This document shows positions 44,659 to 55,103 of a DNA stretch of 64,000 nucleotides, piece after piece. The notes under the pieces were generated by a model, which was given only the letters and a program-made list of their open reading frames with translations, was not told the origin of the DNA and did no database searches. Every line of letters begins with the position of its first letter. Position 1 is the first letter of the stretch. This DNA is from an uncultured Leucobacter sp. (GTDB lineage Bacteria; Actinomycetota; Actinomycetes; Actinomycetales; Microbacteriaceae): contig CAZJOZ010000004.1 in NCBI GenBank assembly GCA_964547775.1, forward strand, positions 4,286 to 68,285, in the 5' to 3' direction. The translations under genes were made by a program, and so were the position numbers.

Positions 44659-46452
44659 TCAGTAGGTGACGGGCAGTGGCTCGTATTCTCCGCTGGATGG
44701 CGGAAGGTGAGCGTGCCGAATCGTGGCTTTCGTCGCAGCATTCCAGGCTTCTGTCGCTGCGATCGAACCGTGCTGGGACTTTGGATAGGCGATTGTAGCA
44801 ACGGCAACATACTGAGGGTCATCGATGGGAAACACCCCAGCAAAGGTATAGACAAAGTCCTTACGATAGCCTCCCTGGCCGTCGCCCTGCTCTGCAGTGC
44901 CCGTCTTGCCACCTACTCGGTATCCTGCGACCGCTGCCTGCTCCGCGATCCACGCCTGATTTGCGACATTTTCCATCATGGCGAGCGTCTGAGCGGCAGC
45001 ATCTGCCGAGATCACCCTGGTCTCTTCGGGAGCGTCAGGAGCGTGCACCTTCCCGTGGGCGTCAGTGCAACTCTTGACCAGGGTCGGTGCGATTCTCACC
45101 CCATTATTCGCGATGGCTTGGTAGCTGCTCGCAGTCTGAATAATCGTGGTTGAGAAACCCTGACCAAACATGGTGTTGTAACTTGTCTGCCGATCCCATT
45201 CGTCAGCGCTCAGGAGGTACCCGGCACTCTCGAGGGGCATGCCTGCCTGCGTCGGCTCCCCGAACCCAAACTTTCGGAGATAGTCATACCGCGTTTGCTC
45301 ATCGAGCCGAACACCGATACCCGTGATGCCAACGTTCGAAGATTCGACGAGAATGCCGTTCAACGTCCACGGCATGGGATCGTGAAGCACCGCATCACTA
45401 TACGTGACTCCGGGTTCCGGCTCCGCTGAATATGGCGTGTAGTGCTGGGTGTATGCATTCGCCGCCCCCTGATCGACCAGCATTGCTGCGGTCAATATTT
45501 TTATCGTTGAGCCTGGCTCATACGGCCAGGTGAACGAGCGCGCTTCCCTCCGTTCAGCAATGGTCGCACTCACGTCATTTGGGTCGACCGAGCGATCCTC
45601 TGCGATAGCCAGCAGCTCACCCGTCTTCGCGTCCATGATGGTCAGGAGGCCCCATTCCGCAGCGCTCTTCGCTACCTGAGCGTCAAGGGCCTGCTGCGCT
45701 TCGAACTGCAAGTCGATGTCGATGGTGAGTTGGACCGTCCCGCCATTTTCCGCTTCCTGGGTCACAACCACACTGCCTGGCAAGCGAACGCCATCTGCGC
45801 CCATCTCGTAGGTCTCACTTCCGTCGACGCCGACGAGACATTCATTCTGGGAGAACTCAATTCCAGCCTGGGGTTCTCCGTCTGCACCGGTAAAGCCGAT
45901 GATGCTCCCAGCGATCGCTCCATTGGGATAGACCCGTTGTGGGTGAAGATCGAACGTCATCCAGGGGATGTCCAGCTCTTTGAGCGCGTTGAGTGTCGTG
46001 AGGTCTATGCCGCGCTTGATATACGCGAAGTCTGATTTGGGGTCGATAGCGAGTGCGTCATCGACGATCTTCCCAATTTCCTCGGCCGTTTGCCCGGTGA
46101 TTGCGCCGATCTCGGCGAAGGCTTCCTCTGCGGTGACTTGCACCGTTTCGATTCCACCGTCATCCACGACGCGCCAGAACTTCCCACCGTTCAGCCGGAC
46201 GTTTTTCGGCGACAACTGTGCGTCGTACCGTTCATCGGTCGTGGCGAGCACCACCCCGTTCCGATCTACGATGTCGCCACGAACGCTCGGCACCGCAACA
46301 GGAACTCCCCGCTTGTCGAGTGCTTCTTCGTTGAATTGAGCAGCAGACACAATTTGCACATCGACCAGTCGAACCGTGAACACCAATGCACCAACGAGCA
46401 CGAGGGCCATGGCAGCGATCCTTCGCGCCGCGAGAGGTCGCAGGCGTGGCAT
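44659..46452 (-). CDS. ftsI: Class B penicillin-binding protein FtsI/PbpB
   Basis: YEPGSTIK (SxxK), SSN (SxN), GGKTGTA (KTG); N-terminal TM. Confidence 0.95.
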   Translation of the reverse strand: MPRLRPLAARRIAAMALVLVGALVFTVRLVDVQIVSAAQFNEEALDKRGVPVAVPSVRGDIVDRNGVVLATTDERYDAQLSPKNVRLNGGKFWRVVDDGGIETVQVTAEEAFAEIGAITGQTAEEIGKIVDDALAIDPKSDFAYIKRGIDLTTLNALKELDIPWMTFDLHPQRVYPNGAIAGSIIGFTGADGEPQAGIEFSQNECLVGVDGSETYEMGADGVRLPGSVVVTQEAENGGTVQLTIDIDLQFEAQQALDAQVAKSAAEWGLLTIMDAKTGELLAIAEDRSVDPNDVSATIAERREARSFTWPYEPGSTIKILTAAMLVDQGAANAYTQHYTPYSAEPEPGVTYSDAVLHDPMPWTLNGILVESSNVGITGIGVRLDEQTRYDYLRKFGFGEPTQAGMPLESAGYLLSADEWDRQTSYNTMFGQGFSTTIIQTASSYQAIANNGVRIAPTLVKSCTDAHGKVHAPDAPEETRVISADAAAQTLAMMENVANQAWIAEQAAVAGYRVGGKTGTAEQGDGQGGYRKDFVYTFAGVFPIDDPQYVAVATIAYPKSQHGSIAATEAWNAATKATIRHAHLPPSSGEYEPLPVTY

Positions 46453-46484
46453 TCAGCTGCTCCTTTCGTACGGTCGATCTCGGA

Positions 46485-47099
46485 CTAGTGCGTAACTGGC
46501 GCCGGGAGTGGCCCTTCCCAAACTATCGGCGTTTGTTGGGCGGCTGCCGCAAGCTCGGCGGCCTGTTCTGGATTCCGGTCCGTGAGGAGTCCATCCGCAT
46601 CGACCATTGGCAGCCCATCGAGGGTTGCGTTGGCGATCAGGCTTCCCTGGGCGTGAGATATTGGCCCATCAATGGCACCCAGAACCGCACCGTCACTCAG
46701 GCGGAGCGTTGCCGGCGTCAAGTTTTGCACCATTCCTAGGCTGACCGCATTCTGGGCGAGGTTCTGGGGGGAAGAGAGTTTCGCGGCATTCTGCGTGAGC
46801 ACACGCTCGACTCGCGTCAGGTCACGCAGCTCCACTTGGAGAGCGCGAGCTTCATAGGCCCCCTCAGAGATAGCGATGCTGAGGCCAAGTTGCGCAACCA
46901 AGGTGACAAGGATGATGCCAACGGCCGTCAGGGCCCCCGCGACCGGGGTGAGGCGTCGCTTCGCCCTTTGCGGCGCGGGCAGTGGGGCAAGACGGAGCCG
47001 AGATCGTCCATCTGACTTTTCGCGATGCGGCGCCGGAGACGAGGCGCCGACCGCGGCCGCGAGTCGCACGCTGTCGAGCGGCACTGTTTCTGCACTCAT
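46485..47099 (-). CDS. ftsL: Cell division protein FtsL-like
   Basis: Single TM followed by a coiled coil (LSSPQNLAQNAVSLGMV); position between rsmH and ftsI. Confidence 0.75.
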   Translation of the reverse strand: MSAETVPLDSVRLAAAVGASSPAPHREKSDGRSRLRLAPLPAPQRAKRRLTPVAGALTAVGIILVTLVAQLGLSIAISEGAYEARALQVELRDLTRVERVLTQNAAKLSSPQNLAQNAVSLGMVQNLTPATLRLSDGAVLGAIDGPISHAQGSLIANATLDGLPMVDADGLLTDRNPEQAAELAAAAQQTPIVWEGPLPAPVTH

Positions 47100-48070
47100 G
47101 CGGCCTTCTCCCTTACTCGTTCCACAGCCCGCAGACGAACCGGAATGGATCGCGAATTGGCTGCCTGCTCATCGTCGCCTGCACGCTCGGCACCACGGGT
47201 GAGCAACGTAAATTCCGCTCGATGCTCGGGAAGCTCCACTGGCAGCCCCGCTGGCGCGGTCGATCGTGTGCGACGAGCGAATAGCCGCTTCACAAATCGG
47301 TCTTCTAACGATTGGTATGACATCACCACGGCTCGTCCGCGAACCGACAAGAGGTCCAGTGCTGCGGGGAGTGCCGCTTCAAGTGCGTGCAGTTCGCCGT
47401 TTACTTCGATGCGAAGCGCCTGAAAGACGCGTTTCGCTGGATGCCGCTGACGTTTGATCGCCGCGGGAGTTGCCTCCTGAAGCAGGTCGACCAATTGCCC
47501 GGTGGTGGTGAGCGGTGTGTCCTGGCGTGATCCAACGATCGCTCTGGCATATCGACCGGCGAGCGGTTCTTCACCATATCGCTCAAAGATGGCTCGTAAT
47601 TGCCCTTCACTCGCGGTGGCCAGCAGCTCCGCCGCGGTGCGCCCCGACCGTTGATCCATACGCATGTCGAGCGGAGCATCGACCGCGTACGCGAATCCAC
47701 GCTCGGCTTCATCGAGCTGCAGAGATGACACGCCGAGATCAAAGAGCACCCCGTCAATTGCTTCGTACCCAAGGTCAGCGACCACCGCAGCAATCTCGGA
47801 ATACACCGCATGGACCGCGTGAAACCGATCAGCGAAGCCGCTCAGTCGTTCCCCTGCGAGCGCAAGCGCTTGCGTATCTCGGTCAAGCCCAATCACAGTG
47901 AGCCCATCATGTGCGGCGAGGAGCGCTTCACTGTGGCCGCCCATTCCGAGGGTCGCATCGACCACAACCGCTCCTGGGCGGCTCGCTGCGGGAGAGAGCA
48001 ATTCGACGCAGCGTCCCAGGAGCACTGGCGTATGCATGTCTGCTGCTCGTGATTCAGAGTGGTGATTCAT
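47096..48070 (-). CDS. rsmH: 16S rRNA m4C1402 methyltransferase RsmH
   Basis: HTPVLL, DATLGMGGHS, DLGVSSLQLD, PLDMRMD, VFQALRIEVN. Confidence 0.97.
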   Translation of the reverse strand: MNHHSESRAADMHTPVLLGRCVELLSPAASRPGAVVVDATLGMGGHSEALLAAHDGLTVIGLDRDTQALALAGERLSGFADRFHAVHAVYSEIAAVVADLGYEAIDGVLFDLGVSSLQLDEAERGFAYAVDAPLDMRMDQRSGRTAAELLATASEGQLRAIFERYGEEPLAGRYARAIVGSRQDTPLTTTGQLVDLLQEATPAAIKRQRHPAKRVFQALRIEVNGELHALEAALPAALDLLSVRGRAVVMSYQSLEDRFVKRLFARRTRSTAPAGLPVELPEHRAEFTLLTRGAERAGDDEQAANSRSIPVRLRAVERVREKAA

Positions 48071-48167
48071 CTCAGTACCGGGTACCGGATTCCCCGGTTC
48101 CCCGTCAGCCCACCTGGCACCGGGGAAGGTGCGCCAGGGCGGTAGACGAGAAACCGCGAAATCCGAC

Positions 48168-48599
48168 CTAAAACATTCCCGGAATCACCTCCTCTTCAAT
48201 TTCGGCGAAGGCGTTTTCCTGCTCCTCCAGGTAGCGCTGCCATGCGTCGGCATCCCAGATCTCCGCTCGGCTTCCGGCCCCGATGACGGCGAGATCCCGT
48301 TCCAAACCCGCGTAGGTCCGGAGCGCTGCGGGAACGGTTACCCTCCCCTGCTTGTCTGGAGTTTCTGCGTGCGCTCCCGACAAGAACACGCGCAGGTAAT
48401 CGCGTCCCTGCTTGGACGTAATAGGAGCCTGCCGGATTCGCTCATGCATCTGAGCAAACTCCTGCTCGCTGAAGACATAGAGGCATCGCTCTTGGCCACG
48501 CGTGATCACGACCCCTTCCGCAAGCGCATCACGGAATTTCGAAGGAAGGATGAGCCGCCCCTTCTCGTCCAGCTTCGGAGTGAACGTGCCAAGAAACAT
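48168..48599 (-). CDS. mraZ: Transcriptional regulator MraZ
   Basis: [16 protein letters not shown] and DKQGRV repeats; start moved to ATG 48599. Confidence 0.97.
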   Translation of the reverse strand: MFLGTFTPKLDEKGRLILPSKFRDALAEGVVITRGQERCLYVFSEQEFAQMHERIRQAPITSKQGRDYLRVFLSGAHAETPDKQGRVTVPAALRTYAGLERDLAVIGAGSRAEIWDADAWQRYLEEQENAFAEIEEEVIPGMF

Positions 48600-48659
48600 T
48601 GGCCACTCCCTCCTGCGGATCAGCGCGTAAACCACGAAATGAAAGGATCATCCCGTAAC

Positions 48660-48728
48660 CTCCACTTTACCCCACTTCGCTCCACATTGCTCACTTTTTC
48701 ACCACAAACTTCTCCACTTCACACCACA
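48660..48728 (-). promoter_or_regulatory. MraZ operator: GTGG direct repeats at about 10-bp spacing
   Basis: CCAC (+ strand) at 48662, 48672, 48682, 48702, 48714 and 48724, plus degenerate TCAC at 48691, upstream of mraZ. Confidence 0.85.
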
Positions 48729-49064
48729 GCGCACCGAAGCGGCACAGCACGTGATGCGTCGTGACACCGTTCACAATGAATCACCCGTCGGCATGCACGC
48801 TTGATGGCGCTCGGCGGCATCAAGCGGTCGCCACGTCAGCGCAGAGCGACAGCAATCAGCGGGAACTGTCGCGCAAGGCGCCCAATATCACCGTTCACGG
48901 CCTGCCGCGCAACGTCAGCGGCGAGGCGACAGGGATCACCAGGGTTCGACGAAGGAACCACCCATGTCGATCAGACGAGAAATCGGAGGAATCACCCTCA
49001 CTCGCGAATGGGCCCGCAGGAAAATGAGGGCAAGAAAAGTCGGTCGGTGAGGAGGGGGCAGGAT

Positions 49065-49439
49065 CTAGCGGTCGCCGCCCATGCGTTCGTCCCACCGACG
49101 GTTCAGACGGTCACTGAGAGACTCACCGGCCGCTGATGCCCGTTGCTGTGAATCGCGCGATGCCACCGGCTGATCAACCTGCTCATCACGCTTCGAGAAT
49201 GCCAACAGGGTGCCACCGAGCATCAGCGCAAACCCGAGTAGACCCAGCCACAGTTGCTGCACACTCACCCCAGCAATGAGCACACCAATCCCGGCCAGGA
49301 TCACCACAATGCCAAGCACGAGAGACCGCAGGTTCAACTTCGCTGGCGAGGCGGATGCCTTGAGTACATCCGCTTCGCTCTGGTACAGCCGTCGCTCCAT
49401 GTCATCGAGCAACTGCTGTTCGCGCTCAGACAGCCCCAT
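49065..49439 (-). CDS. DUF3040-family membrane protein
   Basis: MGLSEREQQLLDDMERRLY, two TMs, RWDER end; conserved upstream of mraZ in actinobacteria. Confidence 0.88.
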   Translation of the reverse strand: MGLSEREQQLLDDMERRLYQSEADVLKASASPAKLNLRSLVLGIVVILAGIGVLIAGVSVQQLWLGLLGFALMLGGTLLAFSKRDEQVDQPVASRDSQQRASAAGESLSDRLNRRWDERMGGDR

Positions 49440-49509
49440 TCTTGGCCTCCCACCACTGAAAACCGGGTCCTACCAGTCTACTTGCCCTCAGCGCGGCTAG
49501 GCTAGCCAC

Positions 49510-50604
49510 GTGCAAGAAACCAGACGACTCGCAGGACTTATACAGGAGCGCCTCGATGACGAGATCACTCGACACGAAGGCGAACTCGAGAGCCTCGGGC
49601 CAGACGCTGCACCAATTTTGCAAGAAAGCCGCGCATTTCTCACCGGCGGAAAGCGACTCAGGGCGCGATTTGCCGTTCTCGGCTACCAAGCCGTGCGTTC
49701 ACTTGACCTGAGTGATCCGACACGGTCTGACGTGTCGGCAGTCCTGAACGCCGCATGCGCACTCGAAATGTTCCATGCGGCCGCGCTGGTGCATGACGAC
49801 ATCATCGACCGATCACATACACGCAGAGGGCGCCCATCCGCACACCGTGTCTTTGCTTCGCTTCATCGTGAGCGTGGCTGGCGGGGTGATTCGCAGCATT
49901 TCGGCGTCGCAACAGCGATTCTGCTGGGCGACCTCCTCCAATCGTGGGCTGATGAACTGTTTGATCGGTCAGCCACCGAACTCGGAGCCCCCGCGGCCGC
50001 GCGTGCCCACTTCAACAGAATGCGAAGCGAGGTTGCCGTGGGGCAGTATCTCGATGTCGTCGAAGAGCAGCAGCCGGGGTTCGCCGAAGAGACCGTCCAG
50101 TTGGAGCGGTCGACTCGCGTGCTGATCTTTAAATCTGCGAAGTACAGCGTAGAGTCACCCCTGCTCATCGGCGGCGCGCTCGCCGGCGCCTCCGATGAAC
50201 AAGAGCAGGCGCTCAGCGATTTTGGGTTGCCGGTCGGTGTCGCGTTTCAGCTGCGTGACGATCTGCTCGGAGTGTTTGGTGATCCAGACGTCACTGGCAA
50301 GCCAGCGGGCGATGATCTCCTTGAAGGCAAGCGCACCGTGCTCGTGACCCTGGCAAGGAAGGATCTCCCCGGTTCACAGCAACGCCTCTTTGATGAACTG
50401 CTTGGAGACCGGGAACTCGAGCCCGAGCAGCTGCTGCTCCTCCAACAGACGATCCGAGACAGTGGCGCGGTAAACCAAGTTGAACAGATGATCACCAGAA
50501 ATGTTGAGCGGGCCGAAGCTGCGCTCGACTTTGCGCCCCTCACGCCCGACGTACGAGAGCAACTCATCGAGCTCGCCCACCGGGCGACACAGAGAGTTTC
50601 CTAG
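49510..50604 (+). CDS. Polyprenyl diphosphate synthase
   Basis: GGKRLR, LVHDDIID..RRG (FARM) and FQLRDDLLG (SARM), EGKRT. Confidence 0.94.
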   Translation: MQETRRLAGLIQERLDDEITRHEGELESLGPDAAPILQESRAFLTGGKRLRARFAVLGYQAVRSLDLSDPTRSDVSAVLNAACALEMFHAAALVHDDIIDRSHTRRGRPSAHRVFASLHRERGWRGDSQHFGVATAILLGDLLQSWADELFDRSATELGAPAAARAHFNRMRSEVAVGQYLDVVEEQQPGFAEETVQLERSTRVLIFKSAKYSVESPLLIGGALAGASDEQEQALSDFGLPVGVAFQLRDDLLGVFGDPDVTGKPAGDDLLEGKRTVLVTLARKDLPGSQQRLFDELLGDRELEPEQLLLLQQTIRDSGAVNQVEQMITRNVERAEAALDFAPLTPDVREQLIELAHRATQRVS

Positions 50605-50617
50605 AACTGAGCGCAAG

Positions 50618-50959
50618 CTAAAACGCAAGCGACTGAGTAGCGCGACGGACTGCGCTCTTTCTCCCTGCGATGAGCGCAGAAATCGGACGTTCACCCAGCT
50701 CATCATTGTCTGCGAGCATCCAAGCGACCGCTTCGTCATCACTGAATCCGGCGTCGTGCAACGCCAACAAGGTGCCGCGCAGCGAATTGAGCGGCTCGTC
50801 TCCGGCGACGAATTCGGCAGGAATCCGGAGCACACCATCAATGCGAATTGCGGCGAGGGATCGATCTTCGATCAGTCGGCGAATCTTGCTCGGAGTGGTG
50901 TTCCAGCGTTCAACCAGATCGGGAATGGTCAGATACACAATGTCTGAATCGTCAGTCAC
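50618..50959 (-). CDS. Rv2175c-family DNA-binding protein
   Basis: N-terminal wHTH, GTLLALHDAG, and C-terminal PISALIAGRKSAVRR..QSLAF. Confidence 0.88.
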   Translation of the reverse strand: MTDDSDIVYLTIPDLVERWNTTPSKIRRLIEDRSLAAIRIDGVLRIPAEFVAGDEPLNSLRGTLLALHDAGFSDDEAVAWMLADNDELGERPISALIAGRKSAVRRATQSLAF

Positions 50960-51045
50960 GATCCAAGCCTAACCAGATCGCAAGGATCGCGCATCTGGCG
51001 GCGCGCCGCAGGGAGCGGCGAAGTGTCGCGGCATAGAATCGGCGC

Positions 51046-52959
51046 GTGAAGTCTGCCCCTGTCGACCCGTTCATTGGGCAAACGCTCGATGGCAGATATG
51101 TGGTGCGCTCACGTATTGCGCGCGGCGGCATGGCCATGGTGTACCTCGGTGACGATCTGCGACTTGGTCGACGTGTCGCAATCAAAATGATGCACCCGCA
51201 CCTAAGCGATGACGAGAATTTTACTCGCCGCTTTGAACAAGAGGCTCGCAGCGCTGCGGGACTCGGCCACCCGAACATCGTAAATGTCTTTGACCAGGGC
51301 GAAGCGAATGGTGTGCCGTACTTAGTGATGGAGTATCTGCCGGGAATCACCCTCCGAGAACTCCTCAAACAGCATCGCCAGCTCACCAGCGATCAAGCAG
51401 CGGAGATTTCCGAGGCGATTCTTTCTGGCCTTGCCGCTGCGCACGAAGCCGGTATCGTCCACCGCGATCTCAAACCAGAGAACGTACTTCTCGCTGACGA
51501 CGGTCGCATCAAAATAGGGGACTTCGGGCTCGCTCGAGCAGTAAGCGCAAACACCACCACCGGCCAAGCACTGCTTGGCACCATCGCGTACCTGTCGCCT
51601 GAACTCGTTACTCGCGGAATCGCTGACGCACGTAGTGACGTCTATGCGTTTGGCATTCTGCTCTTCGAAATGCTCACCGGACAACAACCGTATACCGGCG
51701 ACCAACCGATGCAAATCGCGTACCAGCATGCCCACTCTGAGGTCCCCTACCCCTCGACTCTCGTCGACCAGATTCCTGAAGCGTTCGACCAGTTAGTCAA
51801 GTGGACGACCCAGCGCGACCCTGACGCACGGCCCAAGAACGCGCGCGAGGCTCTTGATTTCCTCCGGTCCGCACAACAGACCGGAGCTAGTGCGACAACC
51901 ATGGTGATGCCAGGGTTTGCCGATACCGATGTGACAGATCCTGCGACCGCAGTACTCTCAGACGACCTCCCGCACAGCCAAGCCGGCGATCACGCAACGG
52001 CAGTACCACTGACCCAACCATCAGCAACCACCAAAGCTCACCGTGCAGCGAGGCGGCGAGCAAGACGAGGCACTGGTGCCGCGATGATCCTTGCACTCCT
52101 CGTTGCGGCCGCAGGGCTAGGCGGATGGTGGTGGGGCCAAGGGCCAGGTTCACGAGTGACCATTCCTGACGTCACCGGTCTCAGCATCACGGACTCGACA
52201 GCATTACTCGAAGAAGCCACGCTGCGAGTGACGGTAATACCATGTTCGAGCCTGGAGGTTGAGCCAGGGCGAGCAGCAGGCACCGAGCCTGAAGCAGGCA
52301 CCCGTGTCGATCGACAGAGCGAAGTACGGCTGTGTGAGTCAACCGGCCCCGAACTCCTCACTCCCCCGGACGTTGTAGGTCTCACACTTGAAGAGGCTCG
52401 GCAAGAAATCGAACGCCAGCGATTCGTCTTCGGCTCGATACGCGAAGAAGTCTTCGACACAGCTCCCTCAGGTACCGTGCTTCGCCTCACTGATCCATCG
52501 GGCGCTGACCTGCCTGACCAATACCCAGAGCAAGGCGTGATCGATGTCGTGCTCTCAGCTGGGCCTCTACCTGACCTCGCCGGAAACACGGTGGAACAGG
52601 CGACCTCTATCCTGAACGCGCTCGGGCTCAATGTTGATTCGGCCATGAATACCAGCGACTATAGCGACACCATTGCTGAGGGACAGGTCATCTCGCTGGT
52701 TCTCCCCGAGGGCGCGGTGAGAAAGGGAGACGCAGTCGGATTCCATGTGTCTCTTGGCAAGCAGCTGATTGAGATACCAGACGTGCGCGGTCTGAACCTG
52801 CGTCAAGCAATGGAACAGCTCGAGTCGCTCGGACTTCGTCCGCAAACAGCGCTCCCAGAACTGCTGTGGGATGCTGCAGAGGTTGACCGCGAGACAACGC
52901 CCAAGGCAGGCGAGCGCGTAGAAGTCGGCACGGAGGTGAGGGTGCGAGCGTCAATCTGA
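51046..52959 (+). CDS. Ser/Thr protein kinase with PASTA repeats (PknL-like)
   Basis: IARGGMA, VAIK, HRDLKPEN, DFG, SDVY; single TM and PASTA-like repeats. Confidence 0.95.
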   Translation: MKSAPVDPFIGQTLDGRYVVRSRIARGGMAMVYLGDDLRLGRRVAIKMMHPHLSDDENFTRRFEQEARSAAGLGHPNIVNVFDQGEANGVPYLVMEYLPGITLRELLKQHRQLTSDQAAEISEAILSGLAAAHEAGIVHRDLKPENVLLADDGRIKIGDFGLARAVSANTTTGQALLGTIAYLSPELVTRGIADARSDVYAFGILLFEMLTGQQPYTGDQPMQIAYQHAHSEVPYPSTLVDQIPEAFDQLVKWTTQRDPDARPKNAREALDFLRSAQQTGASATTMVMPGFADTDVTDPATAVLSDDLPHSQAGDHATAVPLTQPSATTKAHRAARRRARRGTGAAMILALLVAAAGLGGWWWGQGPGSRVTIPDVTGLSITDSTALLEEATLRVTVIPCSSLEVEPGRAAGTEPEAGTRVDRQSEVRLCESTGPELLTPPDVVGLTLEEARQEIERQRFVFGSIREEVFDTAPSGTVLRLTDPSGADLPDQYPEQGVIDVVLSAGPLPDLAGNTVEQATSILNALGLNVDSAMNTSDYSDTIAEGQVISLVLPEGAVRKGDAVGFHVSLGKQLIEIPDVRGLNLRQAMEQLESLGLRPQTALPELLWDAAEVDRETTPKAGERVEVGTEVRVRASI

Positions 52960-52978
52960 CAAGCTCGCACCTGTCCCC

Positions 52979-54346
52979 CTAACGTGCCAGGCTTTTCAGT
53001 TCCTCAGCAACTTGGAACGCCAATTCAAGCGACTGCATATGATTCAGTCGAGGATCACACACCGATTCGTACCGAGTTGCGAGCGTAGCCTCGTCAATGT
53101 TCTCGCTCCCCCCGAGGCATTCGGTGACATCGTCACCCGTAAGCTCGACGTGTATTCCGCCTGGAATGGTACCCACCTCACGGTGCGCTTCGAAGAAGCC
53201 CATGAGTTCGTTCATGACGTCGTCAAAACGCCGGGTCTTGTAGCCGGTAGCGGTCGTAATGCCGTTGCCGTGCATCGGATCGGTCACCCACAGTGGCGTC
53301 GCCCCCGCGTCACGAACTCCTTCGAGAAGCGGCGGGAGGGTGTCACGAATCTTCTCAGCCCCCATTCGGCTGATGAACGTTAACCGGCCTGGCTCACGCT
53401 CAGGATCCAATTTATCGAGGAGTCGTAGCGCGTCATCGACGGTTGCGGTCGGCCCGAGCTTCACGCCAATCGGGTTTCTCAGGTGCGACAGGAATTCGAC
53501 GTGTGCTCCGTCGAGGTCCCGGGTACGTTCACCAATCCACAACATGTGGCCAGACGTGCCATATGGGGTGCCGGTGCGGGAATCAATTCGAACCAGAGGG
53601 CGCTCGTAATCAAGGAGAAGTGCCTCGTGGCTGACATAGAATTCGGTCTGGCTCAGCGCAGCGCTTTCCACACCGCACGCCTCCATGAACCGAAGGGCAC
53701 GATCTATTTCAGCGGCAAGCGCTTCATACCGCTGATTCGCGGGATCGGAAATGAACCCTTGGTTCCATGCGTGCACCTGCCGGAGGTCAGCAAAGCCCCC
53801 CTGGGTAAACGCACGAATGAGATTGAGTGTTGATGCAGAAACGTGGTACCCGCGAACAAGACGCGAGGGATCCGCTGCTCGAGACTCCGGCGTGAAATCG
53901 TAACCGTTAACCAGGTCACCGCGGTACGCAGGGAGGGTAACTCCTTCCCGAGTTTCGGTATCACTCGAGCGTGGTTTCGCGAACTGACCCGCCATGCGTC
54001 CGACTTTGATCACCGGCATTGATGCCCCGTATGTCAGGACGACAGCCATCTGCAGAAGTGTCTTCACTCGATCACGGATCTTGTCGGCAGTAGCCGCATC
54101 GAACGTCTCGGCGCAATCACCGCCCTGCAAGAGGAAAGCTTCCCCACGAGCAGCTTGCGCAAGACGTTCGCGAAGACGATCCACCTCACCCGCGAACACC
54201 AGCGGCGGCTGGCTTGCGAGATCCTCTACTGCACTTTGCACCGCTGCATGGTCGTTCCAAGTGGGCTGCTGTTTCGCGACGAGAGAGCGATAACGATCAA
54301 GCTCGGGAAGGCTTGAAACGTGTTGAGGTGCGCTCTGCTGAGTCAC
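52979..54346 (-). CDS. Class II DAHP synthase
   Basis: LQGGDCAE, GRMAGQFAKPRS, WIGERTR, DPMHGN, CDPRLN. Confidence 0.96.
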   Translation of the reverse strand: MTQQSAPQHVSSLPELDRYRSLVAKQQPTWNDHAAVQSAVEDLASQPPLVFAGEVDRLRERLAQAARGEAFLLQGGDCAETFDAATADKIRDRVKTLLQMAVVLTYGASMPVIKVGRMAGQFAKPRSSDTETREGVTLPAYRGDLVNGYDFTPESRAADPSRLVRGYHVSASTLNLIRAFTQGGFADLRQVHAWNQGFISDPANQRYEALAAEIDRALRFMEACGVESAALSQTEFYVSHEALLLDYERPLVRIDSRTGTPYGTSGHMLWIGERTRDLDGAHVEFLSHLRNPIGVKLGPTATVDDALRLLDKLDPEREPGRLTFISRMGAEKIRDTLPPLLEGVRDAGATPLWVTDPMHGNGITTATGYKTRRFDDVMNELMGFFEAHREVGTIPGGIHVELTGDDVTECLGGSENIDEATLATRYESVCDPRLNHMQSLELAFQVAEELKSLAR

Positions 54347-54416
54347 TGCCGCCTACTTTCCAAACGAGAACGAAAAAATTGCTGCGGATCTCCGCAGCAA
54401 TTTCAGTCTACCCCGC

Positions 54417-55103
54417 CTAGGACGTTGCAGAAACTCGCGAGCGAACGCTTGAAGCGTACACGTCGACGTATTCTTGTTGGCTCAGCCGTTGGATCTCGAC
54501 CATGATCTCGTCGGTGACGCTTCTCAGCACGAATCGATCGGCACTCATACCCGCGAACCTACTGAAATCGAGCGGCTTTCCGATTACCGTGCCAATGCGA
54601 CGCACCTTCGGAATCTTCGCGCCGATCGGCATACATTTCTCAGTGTCAATCATGACAGCAGGCACTACCACAGCACCTGATTCCAGTACCAACCGTGCGA
54701 CACCGGTACGACCCCGGTAGAGGCGGGCGTCTGGGCTCCTCGTACCCTCGGGGTATAACGCAAGCACTTCCCCCCGCTCAAGCACTGAGAGCCCGGTATT
54801 GAGCGAAGCTTCTGAAGCCTTGCCGCCCGAACGATCAATGGGGATCTGACCGACGGAAAGCATGAAGTTCTTCACGAACCATCCCTTGAGCCCTTTGCCT
54901 GTGAAATAGTCGCTCTTCGCCAAAAAGGACACTCGACGATCAATCATGAGCGGCATAAAAAAGGAGTCGATGACGGACAGGTGATTGCCCACAATGATCA
55001 CCGGACCGGTCGCTGGAAGATTCTCTGCTCCCTGCACCCACGGTCGAAAGATTGTCTTGAGTAGCGGACCAATTACGAGGTGTTTGTAAATCCAGTAGAT
55101 CAC
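54417..55103 (-). CDS. 1-acyl-sn-glycerol-3-phosphate acyltransferase (PlsC family)
   Basis: NHLSVID (NHxxxxD), FLAKSDYF, YPEGTRS. Confidence 0.93.
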   Translation of the reverse strand: MIYWIYKHLVIGPLLKTIFRPWVQGAENLPATGPVIIVGNHLSVIDSFFMPLMIDRRVSFLAKSDYFTGKGLKGWFVKNFMLSVGQIPIDRSGGKASEASLNTGLSVLERGEVLALYPEGTRSPDARLYRGRTGVARLVLESGAVVVPAVMIDTEKCMPIGAKIPKVRRIGTVIGKPLDFSRFAGMSADRFVLRSVTDEIMVEIQRLSQQEYVDVYASSVRSRVSATS

